Source of the DNA: an uncultured Methylomirabilota bacterium
GTDB lineage: Bacteria > Methylomirabilota > Methylomirabilia > Methylomirabilales > 2-02-FULL-66-22
Assembly (NCBI GenBank): GCA_963705305.1
Contig: OY970067.1
Location: 1,536,001 to 1,600,000 of the forward strand
Direction: 5' to 3'
DNA: 64,000 nucleotides
The notes beneath the pieces are model-generated. The model was not told the origin of the DNA, searched no databases, and saw only the letters and a program-made list of their open reading frames with translations. This document shows positions 1-8,161 of this stretch, piece by piece; position 1 is the first letter of the stretch; each line of letters opens with the position of its first letter. Made by a program: the position numbers and the translations under genes.

Positions 1-804
1 CAGGACGATCCACATGGAGGCCTGGCCGGACGCATAGGGCAGCTGAAGGCACTGCAGCGCATCCGTCTCCGCAATGAAGAGTTTTTCGCGGAGATGCATC
101 GTGGACACGCCAGATTCCTGGCGTCCCCCGACGTAAAAGGTGTCAACATGGGTCGCGTGGGGACTGAATTCGAAGGCCCAGGCGCTCTTGAAGTACAGCG
201 CATTGACCAGGACGAGGCGCGTCAGGGATGAGACGCCGCCCCCCGGCACCAGGTCGACGATCTTCCCTTCCGTGACCTTGGACACCCAGCCATTGATGGC
301 CTGCCGCGCCCCCTCCGGATTGCCCTGGAAATCCACCGCATTCGCTTGGGCCCCGTACACCTGCTCGGCCGTCTGCCGAAAGGCGGGCTGGAACGGAAAC
401 CCGTCCTGGGCCCAAAGTCCGTTTGCCACCCGGAGGGCGCCGGTCGCCCTCTGGGCCGGTTTCGGCTGTTCCTGGACGGCCGTCTGGAGGTTGGCAAACG
501 CCGCATTGATCGCGCCCCCGCTCCCGGCCAGGTGCAGCACCCGACCCATCTGCTCGGCGGTGCGGCCCAGGGCACCGGCGCGGGTCATGGCGAGGGCCGT
601 CTCGATGGAGTAGGGTGAGATCAGAACATTCTCCTCCGGCCGTCCAAGCTGGCGAATCAGGTCGAACCCGAAGGCATTCACGGCACCGGCCGCCTCCGCG
701 GGGGGGCCGGCTGTCGCGGCATGGGCCGCCCCTCGCCATCCGCCCACTATCCCCAGTACGATCAGCCCCAAGATCCATCCAGTATTCCTGCGCGCCTGAC
801 GCAT
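1..804 (-). CDS. Secreted serpin (serine protease inhibitor), truncated by window edge
   Basis: Manual translation from ATG at 804 (GGAGG RBS) is open to base 1: signal peptide ending AHA, then serpin hallmarks VNAFGFDL, ENVLISPYSIETALAM, INGWVSKVTEGKI, LVLVNALYFKSAW, LQLPY. Not in ORF track because it has no stop in the window. Confidence 0.93.
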   Translation of the reverse strand, partial: MRQARRNTGWILGLIVLGIVGGWRGAAHAATAGPPAEAAGAVNAFGFDLIRQLGRPEENVLISPYSIETALAMTRAGALGRTAEQMGRVLHLAGSGGAINAAFANLQTAVQEQPKPAQRATGALRVANGLWAQDGFPFQPAFRQTAEQVYGAQANAVDFQGNPEGARQAINGWVSKVTEGKIVDLVPGGGVSSLTRLVLVNALYFKSAWAFEFSPHATHVDTFYVGGRQESGVSTMHLREKLFIAETDALQCLQLPYASGQASMWIVL

Positions 805-996
805 TCCAGCCTCCAATGACTGCCTAGCGTGCCCCGATCCGCGTGCCCGGGCCGGCGGAAATCGCCCCGTCATGGCCCGCGACGTCCACCCCCTCCCTCT
901 GTCGGTAAGACACCGGCGGCCCGGTTTGGTTCCCCGTCGCGGCCGACCGAGTTTGCCGCATGACATCGGCGGAGCGGGACAGCGGGCAGGACGCTA

Positions 997-2164
997 GTCT
1001 ACCGTGTCACACAGATGCCATCTTATGCAGCACTGCTCGAGCCCGCTCGACTTTCGCCAGGATGTCCTCCACCTTGGCCGTCCAGGTGAACGACCGGGGG
1101 TGGCGGTTGTGGTGTGCGATGAAGGCCTCAATGGCGGCGATGAGGTCGGCGACGCTCTTGAAGACGCCCCGGCGGAGCCGCTTGGTCGTGAGCTCCCGGA
1201 ACCACCGCTCGATGAGATTCAACCACGAGCTGCTGGTCGGAATGAAGTGCATGTGGAAGCGTGGGTGGCGGGCGAGCCAGCGCTGGACCGCAGGGTGTTT
1301 ATGGGTGGCGTAGTTGTCCACGATCAGGTGGAGGTCCAGGTCGGGCGGGGTCTGCGCGTCGATCAGCCGGAGGAACCGGAGCCACTCCTGGTGCCGATGC
1401 TTGGGCAGGCACGTGCCGATGAGCTGGCCCGTCACGAGCCCCAGGGCGGCGAAGAGCGTGGTCGTGCCGTTCCGCTTGTAGTCGTGGGTCAGGGTGCCGC
1501 ACCGGCCCTTCTTCAGCGGGAGGCCGGGTTGGGTGCGGTCGAGCGCTTGGATCTGGCTCTTCTCGTCGGCGCACAGCACCAACGCGTGCTCAGGGGGATT
1601 CAGGTACAGCCCCACCACATCGGTCAGCTTCTCGAGGAACCGCCGGTCGCGGCTCACCTTGAACGGGCGGACCCGATGCGGCTTCAGGCCGTGGGCCTGC
1701 CAGACCCGGTGCACGGTCTTCGGGCTCACGCCGACCGCGGCCGCCAGGGTCCGCGTGCTCCAGTGGGTGGCGGCGGGCGGCGCGCTGGTTGTCGTCAGGG
1801 TGACGATGCGCTGCAGGACCGCCGGGGCGATGGCGGGCGTCCGGCCGGGGCGCGGGGCATCCCGCTCGATCCCGGCCAGCCGCTGCTGGGCGAAGCGAGT
1901 CCGCCACCGACCCACACACTCGCGATCCGTGTCCAGGGCCCGGGCGACCTCGTCGTTCCGCTGCCCCGCCGCCGCGCGCAGGACGATCTGCGCCCGGCGC
2001 ACGAGGCGCGCGGGGGTGCGCCGCCCCCGTGCCCAGCGTTCCAAGATGGTGCGTTCCTGCGGGCTCAGCACAATCGGCACCGCCACACGCATGGCTTGCT
2101 CCTCCTCACCGAGGAGCATACCAGAGTACGTACTATAAGTCACCGTATTTATGACACACTAGAC
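997..2164 (-). mobile_element. IS630-family insertion sequence
   Basis: Terminal inverted repeats GTCTACCGTGTCA / TGACACACTAGAC (11/13 match), TA duplicated at 995-996 and 2165-2166 within a CTAG site, single transposase ORF. Confidence 0.9.
1007..2092 (-). CDS. IS630-family DDE transposase
   Basis: N-terminal [52 protein letters not shown] motifs; GAGGAG RBS before ATG 2092. Confidence 0.95.
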   Translation of the reverse strand: MRVAVPIVLSPQERTILERWARGRRTPARLVRRAQIVLRAAAGQRNDEVARALDTDRECVGRWRTRFAQQRLAGIERDAPRPGRTPAIAPAVLQRIVTLTTTSAPPAATHWSTRTLAAAVGVSPKTVHRVWQAHGLKPHRVRPFKVSRDRRFLEKLTDVVGLYLNPPEHALVLCADEKSQIQALDRTQPGLPLKKGRCGTLTHDYKRNGTTTLFAALGLVTGQLIGTCLPKHRHQEWLRFLRLIDAQTPPDLDLHLIVDNYATHKHPAVQRWLARHPRFHMHFIPTSSSWLNLIERWFRELTTKRLRRGVFKSVADLIAAIEAFIAHHNRHPRSFTWTAKVEDILAKVERARAVLHKMASV

Positions 2165-2189
2165 TAGCACCCGGCTGGGGACGCGTCAA
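2161..2189 (-). promoter_or_regulatory. Sigma70-type promoter whose -10 spans the IS junction (TTGACG-N17-TAGTCT)
   Basis: Reverse complement reads TTGACG-17 bp-TAGTCT with TG extension; removing the IS restores TAGCGT, the same -10 as the promoter at 6002-6030. Confidence 0.6.
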
Positions 2190-2451
2190 GGAGGCGACGT
2201 TCCCTGCGGGGAGTTCCGCGGGATATAAGGAGAGGCAGACAAGGCAAAGGGAAGGACTCGATTTGTTCCGCGGCGTCGTGCTAGTGTCCCAAGTGAGAAA
2301 TCGAGGAACGACTGTACGGCCTGCGGGAGCACCTCCGGAGACCCGCTGGGTGCATCGGACCGCAGCCGGCGGGTCATTCACAGGGCGGATCTCTTCCGGG
2401 TTCCCGGCTGTCTCGTCACTGTGCCGCAAACCGCACGAAGGAGGAGGACAG

Positions 2452-2778
2452 ATGCAGCCCGAAACGCCCATCGCGGCCATCATGCTGCGCGGCGCCGACA
2501 ATGTCGCCACGGCCCTGCGGGAGCTGGCGGCCGGAGAGCAGGCGGTGGTGGGGGTCCAGGACCGCAGGGTTGTCGTGTGCGTGCTCCAGCCCATCCCCTT
2601 CGGCCACAAGCTGGCGATGGCCGATATCCCGCAGGGGGCGAACGTCGTGAAGTACGGGGAAGTCATCGGCCGGGCCACGCAGACGATACCCGCCGGCGCC
2701 CATGCGCATGTCCACAACATCGAGAGCCTGCGCGGGCGGGGCGATCTCGAATCCAAGGGGACGGGCCATGGAATTTAA
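2452..2778 (+). CDS. UxaA/altronate dehydratase small (SAF) subunit
   Basis: DNVATAL, IPFGHKLA, VVKYGEVIG, HAHVHN motifs; GGAGG RBS. Confidence 0.9.
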   Translation: MQPETPIAAIMLRGADNVATALRELAAGEQAVVGVQDRRVVVCVLQPIPFGHKLAMADIPQGANVVKYGEVIGRATQTIPAGAHAHVHNIESLRGRGDLESKGTGHGI

Positions 2779-3928
2779 GGGCTACCGGCGGCCGGACGGG
2801 CGGGTGGGCACGCGGAACTACGTGGGCGTGCTCTCGACCGTGGTCTGTGCGAATGAGGTCGCCGGGCGGATCGCCCGGGAGGTGCAGGGGGCGACCGCCT
2901 TTATGCATCACCAAGGCTGCGGTCAGATGCCGGTCGACGTGGCCCGGGTCAGTCGGACCCTGGTCGGGCTCGGCCAGAACCCGAACCTCGCCGCGGTGCT
3001 CCTGGTCAGTCTGGGTTGCGAGAGCGTGAAGGTGGAGGAGGTGGCCCGGGAGATCGCCGCGTCCGGGAAGCGCGTGGAGCAGCTGGTGATCCAGGAGGAA
3101 GGGGGGGCGGCGCGCTCGGTCGCGAAGGGCGAGCTGCTCGTCCAGGATCTGGTGATGGAGGCCTCGACTCTCTCCGCGTGTCCCTGCCCCGTGTCCGAGC
3201 TGGTGCTTGGCCTCAAGTGCGGGGCCTCCGACACCACCCAGGGGCTGTTCGCGACCCCGGTGGTGGGCATCGCCTCGGACATGCTGGTGGGAGCAGGCGG
3301 CACATCGGTGCTCGGGGAGGTCACGGAGTTCATCGGGGCCGAGCACATCCTGGCCTGCCATGCGCGGACGCCGGAGGTGGCGACCCAGATCCTTGCCCTG
3401 GTCGAGCGGATGGAGCGGCGCGCCAAGGCCATGGGCTGCGACATGCGCGGGGGGCAGCCCACGGGAGGGAACATCAAGGGCGGGCTCTCCACGATCGAGG
3501 AAAAATCCCTGGGGGCCATCGCCAAGGCGGGGACTTCCCCCGTGGAGGCCGTGTACGAGTATGGAGAGCGCCCGCAGGTGAAGGGCTTGGTGGTCATGGA
3601 CTCGCCCGGCCGGGAGCCGGAGATCCTCACCGGTCTGGCCGCCGCGGGGTGCACGCTGATCGCCTTTGCCACCGGGCGTGGCGCCCCCCAGGGCTTTCCC
3701 TTTGTCCCGGTGGTAAAGATCACCGGCAACAAGGTCACCTGGGAGAAGCTCCACGACCATATGGATTCCTACGTGGGGACGATCATGGAGGGGGTCGAGT
3801 CTCTGCCGGCGGCAGGGAAGCGGCTCTTCGCCGAACTGGTGGAATTTGCCTCGGGGCGGCTCACGAAGGCCGAGATCTGCGGCTATACCGACTCGATGGA
3901 CATCTACGTGCTCGGACCGGTGATCTGA
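2768..3928 (+). CDS. UxaA-family dehydratase large subunit
   Basis: GYRRPDGRVGTRNY, HHQGC, SLGCE, LKCGASD, GNIKGGLSTIEEKSLG, FATGRG motifs. Confidence 0.92.
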   Translation: MEFKGYRRPDGRVGTRNYVGVLSTVVCANEVAGRIAREVQGATAFMHHQGCGQMPVDVARVSRTLVGLGQNPNLAAVLLVSLGCESVKVEEVAREIAASGKRVEQLVIQEEGGAARSVAKGELLVQDLVMEASTLSACPCPVSELVLGLKCGASDTTQGLFATPVVGIASDMLVGAGGTSVLGEVTEFIGAEHILACHARTPEVATQILALVERMERRAKAMGCDMRGGQPTGGNIKGGLSTIEEKSLGAIAKAGTSPVEAVYEYGERPQVKGLVVMDSPGREPEILTGLAAAGCTLIAFATGRGAPQGFPFVPVVKITGNKVTWEKLHDHMDSYVGTIMEGVESLPAAGKRLFAELVEFASGRLTKAEICGYTDSMDIYVLGPVI

Positions 3929-4034
3929 GGGGGCGGTTGGGGTGTGATCCGCTTCCCCCCGGGGGAGGAACGCGGGGTGCAGCGTTTTGATCCTGCCAGG
4001 GGAGAATGGCGGAAAATCGCAAGGGGGAGCTGCC

Positions 4035-4826
4035 ATGGCGGATGTGAAAGTGTACCAAGACTACGGTGAAGAGCTTGAGAGAAGACTGCGCCTGAAGACC
4101 TTTCCCATGGCCCTGAAACTCCTGGAAAAGGAGCAGGATATTCCTGCGGGGGCCCAGAGGCCCCTGAAGGACTTCGGCCATCACCTCTCCCTGTGCCAGG
4201 TCTTCCAGATGTCGCGCCGGGAAGGACGGACCGTGGCCATGCTGAAAGAGGACCACTGGTGTTTCGAGCCGGTCGTCGGCTACGGACTGGCCGAGCCCCC
4301 CGACTATTTTCTGGCGGGCCATAACCGGTATCCACGGGACGTGGCGACGCTGGAGGCCGGCAGGCACTATGCCGCGGAGTTCCCCCGCGTGGAGGCGGGG
4401 AGATATGTCGGGATGGTCTCGGCCCCCCTCCGCACCACCAGTTTTGAGCCCGATCTGGTGGTAATCTACTGCGACCCATCGCAGCTGTGCCTGCTCCTGC
4501 TGGGGCGGGAATACCGGGAGGGATACAACCTCAAATGTGAGATCTCCGGCCACGCGGCCTGCGTCTACGGCGTCATTCCGGCGATCAAGAGTGGGGAGTG
4601 CCAGGTCGCCGTCCCCTGTCGCGGCGACCACTATCGGGCCATGGCCGGGGATGAGGAGATGGTGTTCACGGCGCCCCGGGGCAAACTGGATGACTTGATG
4701 CTGGGCCTGCGGAGCATCGAGAAGACGGGCTCGAAGCTGCCGACCGGGTATTCGCTCCTCCCCGAATATCCCTTGCCGGAGAGCTACCGGAAGATCGGGC
4801 AGATGATGGGGTATCTCAAATCGTGA
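4035..4826 (+). CDS. DUF169 family protein
   Basis: SLCQ, HWC, FEPDLVVIYCDPSQL, HAAC, PCRGD pattern. Confidence 0.8.
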   Translation: MADVKVYQDYGEELERRLRLKTFPMALKLLEKEQDIPAGAQRPLKDFGHHLSLCQVFQMSRREGRTVAMLKEDHWCFEPVVGYGLAEPPDYFLAGHNRYPRDVATLEAGRHYAAEFPRVEAGRYVGMVSAPLRTTSFEPDLVVIYCDPSQLCLLLLGREYREGYNLKCEISGHAACVYGVIPAIKSGECQVAVPCRGDHYRAMAGDEEMVFTAPRGKLDDLMLGLRSIEKTGSKLPTGYSLLPEYPLPESYRKIGQMMGYLKS

Positions 4827-4940
4827 CGCAGGCAGCGTCCGGCACGATAAAGAAATCCGCACCGCCCCTGGGCGGCCAACAGCACGAGACGCGGTAGAGA
4901 GAGCCGCGGCGCGGGCGGCCGGGTCTTCATGCTCCGCCAG

Positions 4941-5843
4941 CTATGCCGTGCACTCCGGGCCCTGCGGGCTTCCGCCGAGCCGCTCCCGGACGTGCCGCAG
5001 CTGTCCTTCCAGCCCGCCCTCGCCCGGCAGGGTCCGGCGCACGCCAAACACGGGGGGAAGCGGAAGCCCGCGCTCACGGAGGAGCCGTGCCAGCTCCTCG
5101 ATGAACACGCCCGATTCCGCTTTCTCGGAGGTGTCCCGGTCCAGCCCGAGCATGGTCCCTTTTCCCTTTGAAACCTCCACGCCGCAGGAGGGGCTGGGGT
5201 TCATGCCAATGATCCCGAGGATCGTGCATCCGCATGCCTGGTACGCCTCGACCTGGTCGGCCACCGTTTCGGCCACGCGGCGGAAGGCGCCCCGGATTGC
5301 CGCGTCCGACCCCACGGCCCAGCCCGTCTTCTCGAGCCCCAGGCACAGGAACTCCGGGCAGGGCATCTGGACGATCCCCACCTCGTGGTGCAGCAGCAGC
5401 TCGACCAGGGGGATGTTGGCCCCCGGAAACTCCGCTCCCTCGGGGAAGCGGGTGTTCATATTCAAGAAACAGTGGGCCAGAAAGACCACGCGACGATTCC
5501 GTTTGTCCCCGAGAAAGAGGTACCCGAGGCGGAATGCGTCGGAGAACTCCCCGTCGAACTGCACATCGCCGGTGACCCACAGGGCGAGAAAGAAGGGAAG
5601 CTCGCGCCGGGCCAGCCTCCCCAGGACGTCCCGCGAGCAGCGGAGCGTGAATCGGGACTCGCCGGGTGCCGTGAGCGCGACACCCCCGTCCCCGATCTTC
5701 ATGAAATAGGTCCCGCCGTCGATGTCCCACCGGATGGTCCAGGGCTCGGCCCTTGGGTGCCGCCGCCCGGACCTGTCCTGGTTCGCCCGCACCACGAGCG
5801 TGCGCAGATCATCCGCTATAGACGAGCGAGTCATTTTCATCAT
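4941..5843 (-). CDS. SCP2-like domain fused to DUF523/TudS-related Fe-S domain
   Basis: N-terminal SCP2-like (WVTGDVQFDG); C-terminal LAHCFLN, GIVQMPCPE, SPSCG, GVFIEEL. Confidence 0.7.
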   Translation of the reverse strand: MMKMTRSSIADDLRTLVVRANQDRSGRRHPRAEPWTIRWDIDGGTYFMKIGDGGVALTAPGESRFTLRCSRDVLGRLARRELPFFLALWVTGDVQFDGEFSDAFRLGYLFLGDKRNRRVVFLAHCFLNMNTRFPEGAEFPGANIPLVELLLHHEVGIVQMPCPEFLCLGLEKTGWAVGSDAAIRGAFRRVAETVADQVEAYQACGCTILGIIGMNPSPSCGVEVSKGKGTMLGLDRDTSEKAESGVFIEELARLLRERGLPLPPVFGVRRTLPGEGGLEGQLRHVRERLGGSPQGPECTA

Positions 5844-6001
5844 CCTTTCCGTACGGGCTGTTCTGCGTTCGGCGCGGGCACCCCCGGCCTTGTCGCCGGT
5901 CCGTCGGCGGAAGGAGCATTTCGCGGCGCAACCGGATGTCAAGACCGGCCGCGGCGGGTCGAGCCGGGTCGTGAAATCAGAGGCGCATGACGACGGGCCG
6001 G

Positions 6002-6091
6002 ACGCTAGCACCGGGCAGAGGGCGTGTCAAGGCGGCGGAATTCTCCATGGGCGCCCACGCGTTGACACCCGGGAGAACCGGTGTCTATCAT
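6002..6091. promoter_or_regulatory. Back-to-back sigma70 promoters
   Basis: Minus: TTGACA-N17-TAGCGT (6030-6002); plus: TTGACA-N18-TATCAT (6062-6091), each facing a gene. Confidence 0.65.
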
Positions 6092-6172
6092 ACGACAGCA
6101 CCTTCCGTCCTTCTCTCGGGGGCGTGCCGGTCCGCGGGCGCCCGGCGTGGAACAGATCCAATGGAGGGATTC

Positions 6173-7342
6173 ATGAGCGCGTGGTTGAGAGCCGCCTGGC
6201 AGTGCCTGGGGTGCCTTCTCCTGCTCTCTTTGGCCTCCCCCGGGCCGGCCCGGGCCGATATGGGAATGATCCGGGCGTCCAGCGCGAGAGTGCATGAGGA
6301 CGCGCAGAAGGCCATCATTCTGCACAATCTGGAGGAGGAAGTTCTGATCCTCGGAACCGACCTCGCCGCCGACACGCCCACGACCATCGTCCGATTCATC
6401 GCGTTTCCCTCCGAGCCCGTGGTCAGTCTGGCCCAGCCGGACGCGTTCACCGCCGCGGCCAAGCTCATCGCGGAGAACCGGCTGGTGTTCTTCCATTATT
6501 CCAAGAGCAAGGGCGGCCCCGCGCCGGAGGCCGTGGAGCTCCGGTTTCACGAGCGGCTGGGCGCGCACACGATCACCGTGATCAAGGTCAATGACGCGTC
6601 GCAGATACGGCGCTGGGCGAACGAGTTCTTCCGCCCGGAGGGGCTGCCGCCGCAAGAACGCTACGCGGAAATCGAGTCTGTCGTGGACGATTATGTAAAG
6701 CGGGGCATCGACTACTTCGTGCTCGACGTGGTCGGGGTGACGACGCAGACGCGCTTCATCGAGCCAATCCAATACCGGTTCAAGTCCGAGCAGGTATATT
6801 ATCCACTCAAGACCACGAACACCTTCGGGGGCCACGGGGAGATCGACCTGATCGTGTTTGCGCCCCGGACCCTGTGCCAGCCGCTGGCCGACGGGTATTT
6901 CAAGGGCTGCTTCGACCTGGAGCGGATGTCCGGCAGCACGTCAGCGCAGGTCAGTCCGGCGCAGCTCGGGAAGATCTACGCCGATGCGGATGCCTTCTTC
7001 AAGGGGGAGCATATCTATCTGCAGCTGACGCGCTGGTACGGCGCGTACCAATTTGACCGGGATATCCGCTGGCGCCCGTCGCGGGGCGTGGACGCCGCCC
7101 TGTCGGCGGATCAGCTCATCGGACCCGGCTCCAACAACTATGCCGACGCCGTCTCCCGCATGTTCCCCGAGGCCCGATGCCACGTCCGGCCCGACCCCGG
7201 GCCGTGCAAGGCCCGCCTGGAGCGGTATTACTACGACGCGACCGCGAAGCGGTGCGCAGAGTTCGCGTGGGGCGGCTGTCAAGGCATCGTGCCGTTCACG
7301 ACCAGGGAAGAGTGCACCGTGAACTGCGAAGGAGCAAAATGA
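6173..7342 (+). CDS. Secreted DUF2330-like protein with C-terminal BPTI/Kunitz domain
   Basis: Signal peptide ending ARA; C-terminal CHVRPDPGPCKARLERYYYD..C..F.WGGC....F.TREEC...C has all six Kunitz cysteines. Confidence 0.8.
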   Translation: MSAWLRAAWQCLGCLLLLSLASPGPARADMGMIRASSARVHEDAQKAIILHNLEEEVLILGTDLAADTPTTIVRFIAFPSEPVVSLAQPDAFTAAAKLIAENRLVFFHYSKSKGGPAPEAVELRFHERLGAHTITVIKVNDASQIRRWANEFFRPEGLPPQERYAEIESVVDDYVKRGIDYFVLDVVGVTTQTRFIEPIQYRFKSEQVYYPLKTTNTFGGHGEIDLIVFAPRTLCQPLADGYFKGCFDLERMSGSTSAQVSPAQLGKIYADADAFFKGEHIYLQLTRWYGAYQFDRDIRWRPSRGVDAALSADQLIGPGSNNYADAVSRMFPEARCHVRPDPGPCKARLERYYYDATAKRCAEFAWGGCQGIVPFTTREECTVNCEGAK

Positions 7343-7376
7343 GGGCAGGCCGTCTCTCCGGTGCAGGCAGACGGGG

Positions 7377-7646
7377 ATGAAGTCCTCGTCGGGCCGCGCG
7401 CTGCTCTGGCTGTCCGCGGGCCTCGTGCTGATGGGATCGATTATCGGCTCGTCGGCGGGCGGGGTGGCGAGCCTGGTCCTGGCAGCCCTGTGCGCCGTGG
7501 CGCCCGTTGTCGCCGGACCCGCCGGTCGACGGATTGCGGGCGCGGCGCTGCTGCTGGCGGCCGTCGGTCTCGGCATCGTCCGGCTTCCGGCGGCCCGGGA
7601 GGAGATGGGCCGATATCGTGCGCACGTGATGAAGGGACATCCGTAA
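7377..7646 (+). CDS. Small multi-pass membrane protein
   Basis: Three hydrophobic stretches, co-directional with neighbours. Confidence 0.55.
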   Translation: MKSSSGRALLWLSAGLVLMGSIIGSSAGGVASLVLAALCAVAPVVAGPAGRRIAGAALLLAAVGLGIVRLPAAREEMGRYRAHVMKGHP

Positions 7647-7684
7647 GCGCGGCGCTGTCCGTCGGGAACATGAAGAGGTGACGA

Positions 7685-8083
7685 ATGGGCGCATCCAAGC
7701 GTTCGGTGAGCGTGGGGCCGAGCAAGGGCGGGGCGGTCGTGATGATAATCATGGGCCTCCTCTTCCTGGGCTTTGGGCTCGTCCTGACCAACCTGGGCAT
7801 GGCCGATGCCGCCGACGAGCCCGGGCTCCAGCTGGCGCTGTGGATGTTTCGCCTGATCTGGATCGTGGCGTGCCTCGGCATGGCGGGATGGGGGCTCTTC
7901 TCGCTGCTTCGGCGCACTCCCCTGGCCATGGTGACCCTCAGCACCGACGAGGCGGGGAGCGGAGACGCCGCTCCGGATTTCGACACCCGTCTCAGAAAGC
8001 TCGCCGCGCTTCGCCAGGAGGGACTGATCAGCGAGGAGGAGCACGACCAGAAGCGCGCGCAAATCATGGGCGAGCACTGGTAG
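7685..8083 (+). CDS. Membrane protein with C-terminal SHOCT domain
   Basis: Two TM helices plus RLRKLAALRQEGLISEEEHDQKRAQI. Confidence 0.8.
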   Translation: MGASKRSVSVGPSKGGAVVMIIMGLLFLGFGLVLTNLGMADAADEPGLQLALWMFRLIWIVACLGMAGWGLFSLLRRTPLAMVTLSTDEAGSGDAAPDFDTRLRKLAALRQEGLISEEEHDQKRAQIMGEHW

Positions 8084-8161
8084 CCTCGGCCGGCGCCGCA
8101 CCGCTCGAGGCATGACCTGACGACCCGACTCGCCAGGGGGTTCTCGGGAGTCTCGCAGATA

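Noticed and set aside
140..827. ORF-track entries 140-613, 143-778, 222-575, 346-618, 615-827
   Set aside because: Shadow frames of the serpin, which occupies a different minus frame.
860..970. Possible c-di-GMP-I (GEMM) riboswitch in the serpin leader (GGCAAAC...UUACCGA)
   Set aside because: Lacks the GNRA-capped stem and GACGCAAAGC core; only a generic GC-rich hairpin is supportable.
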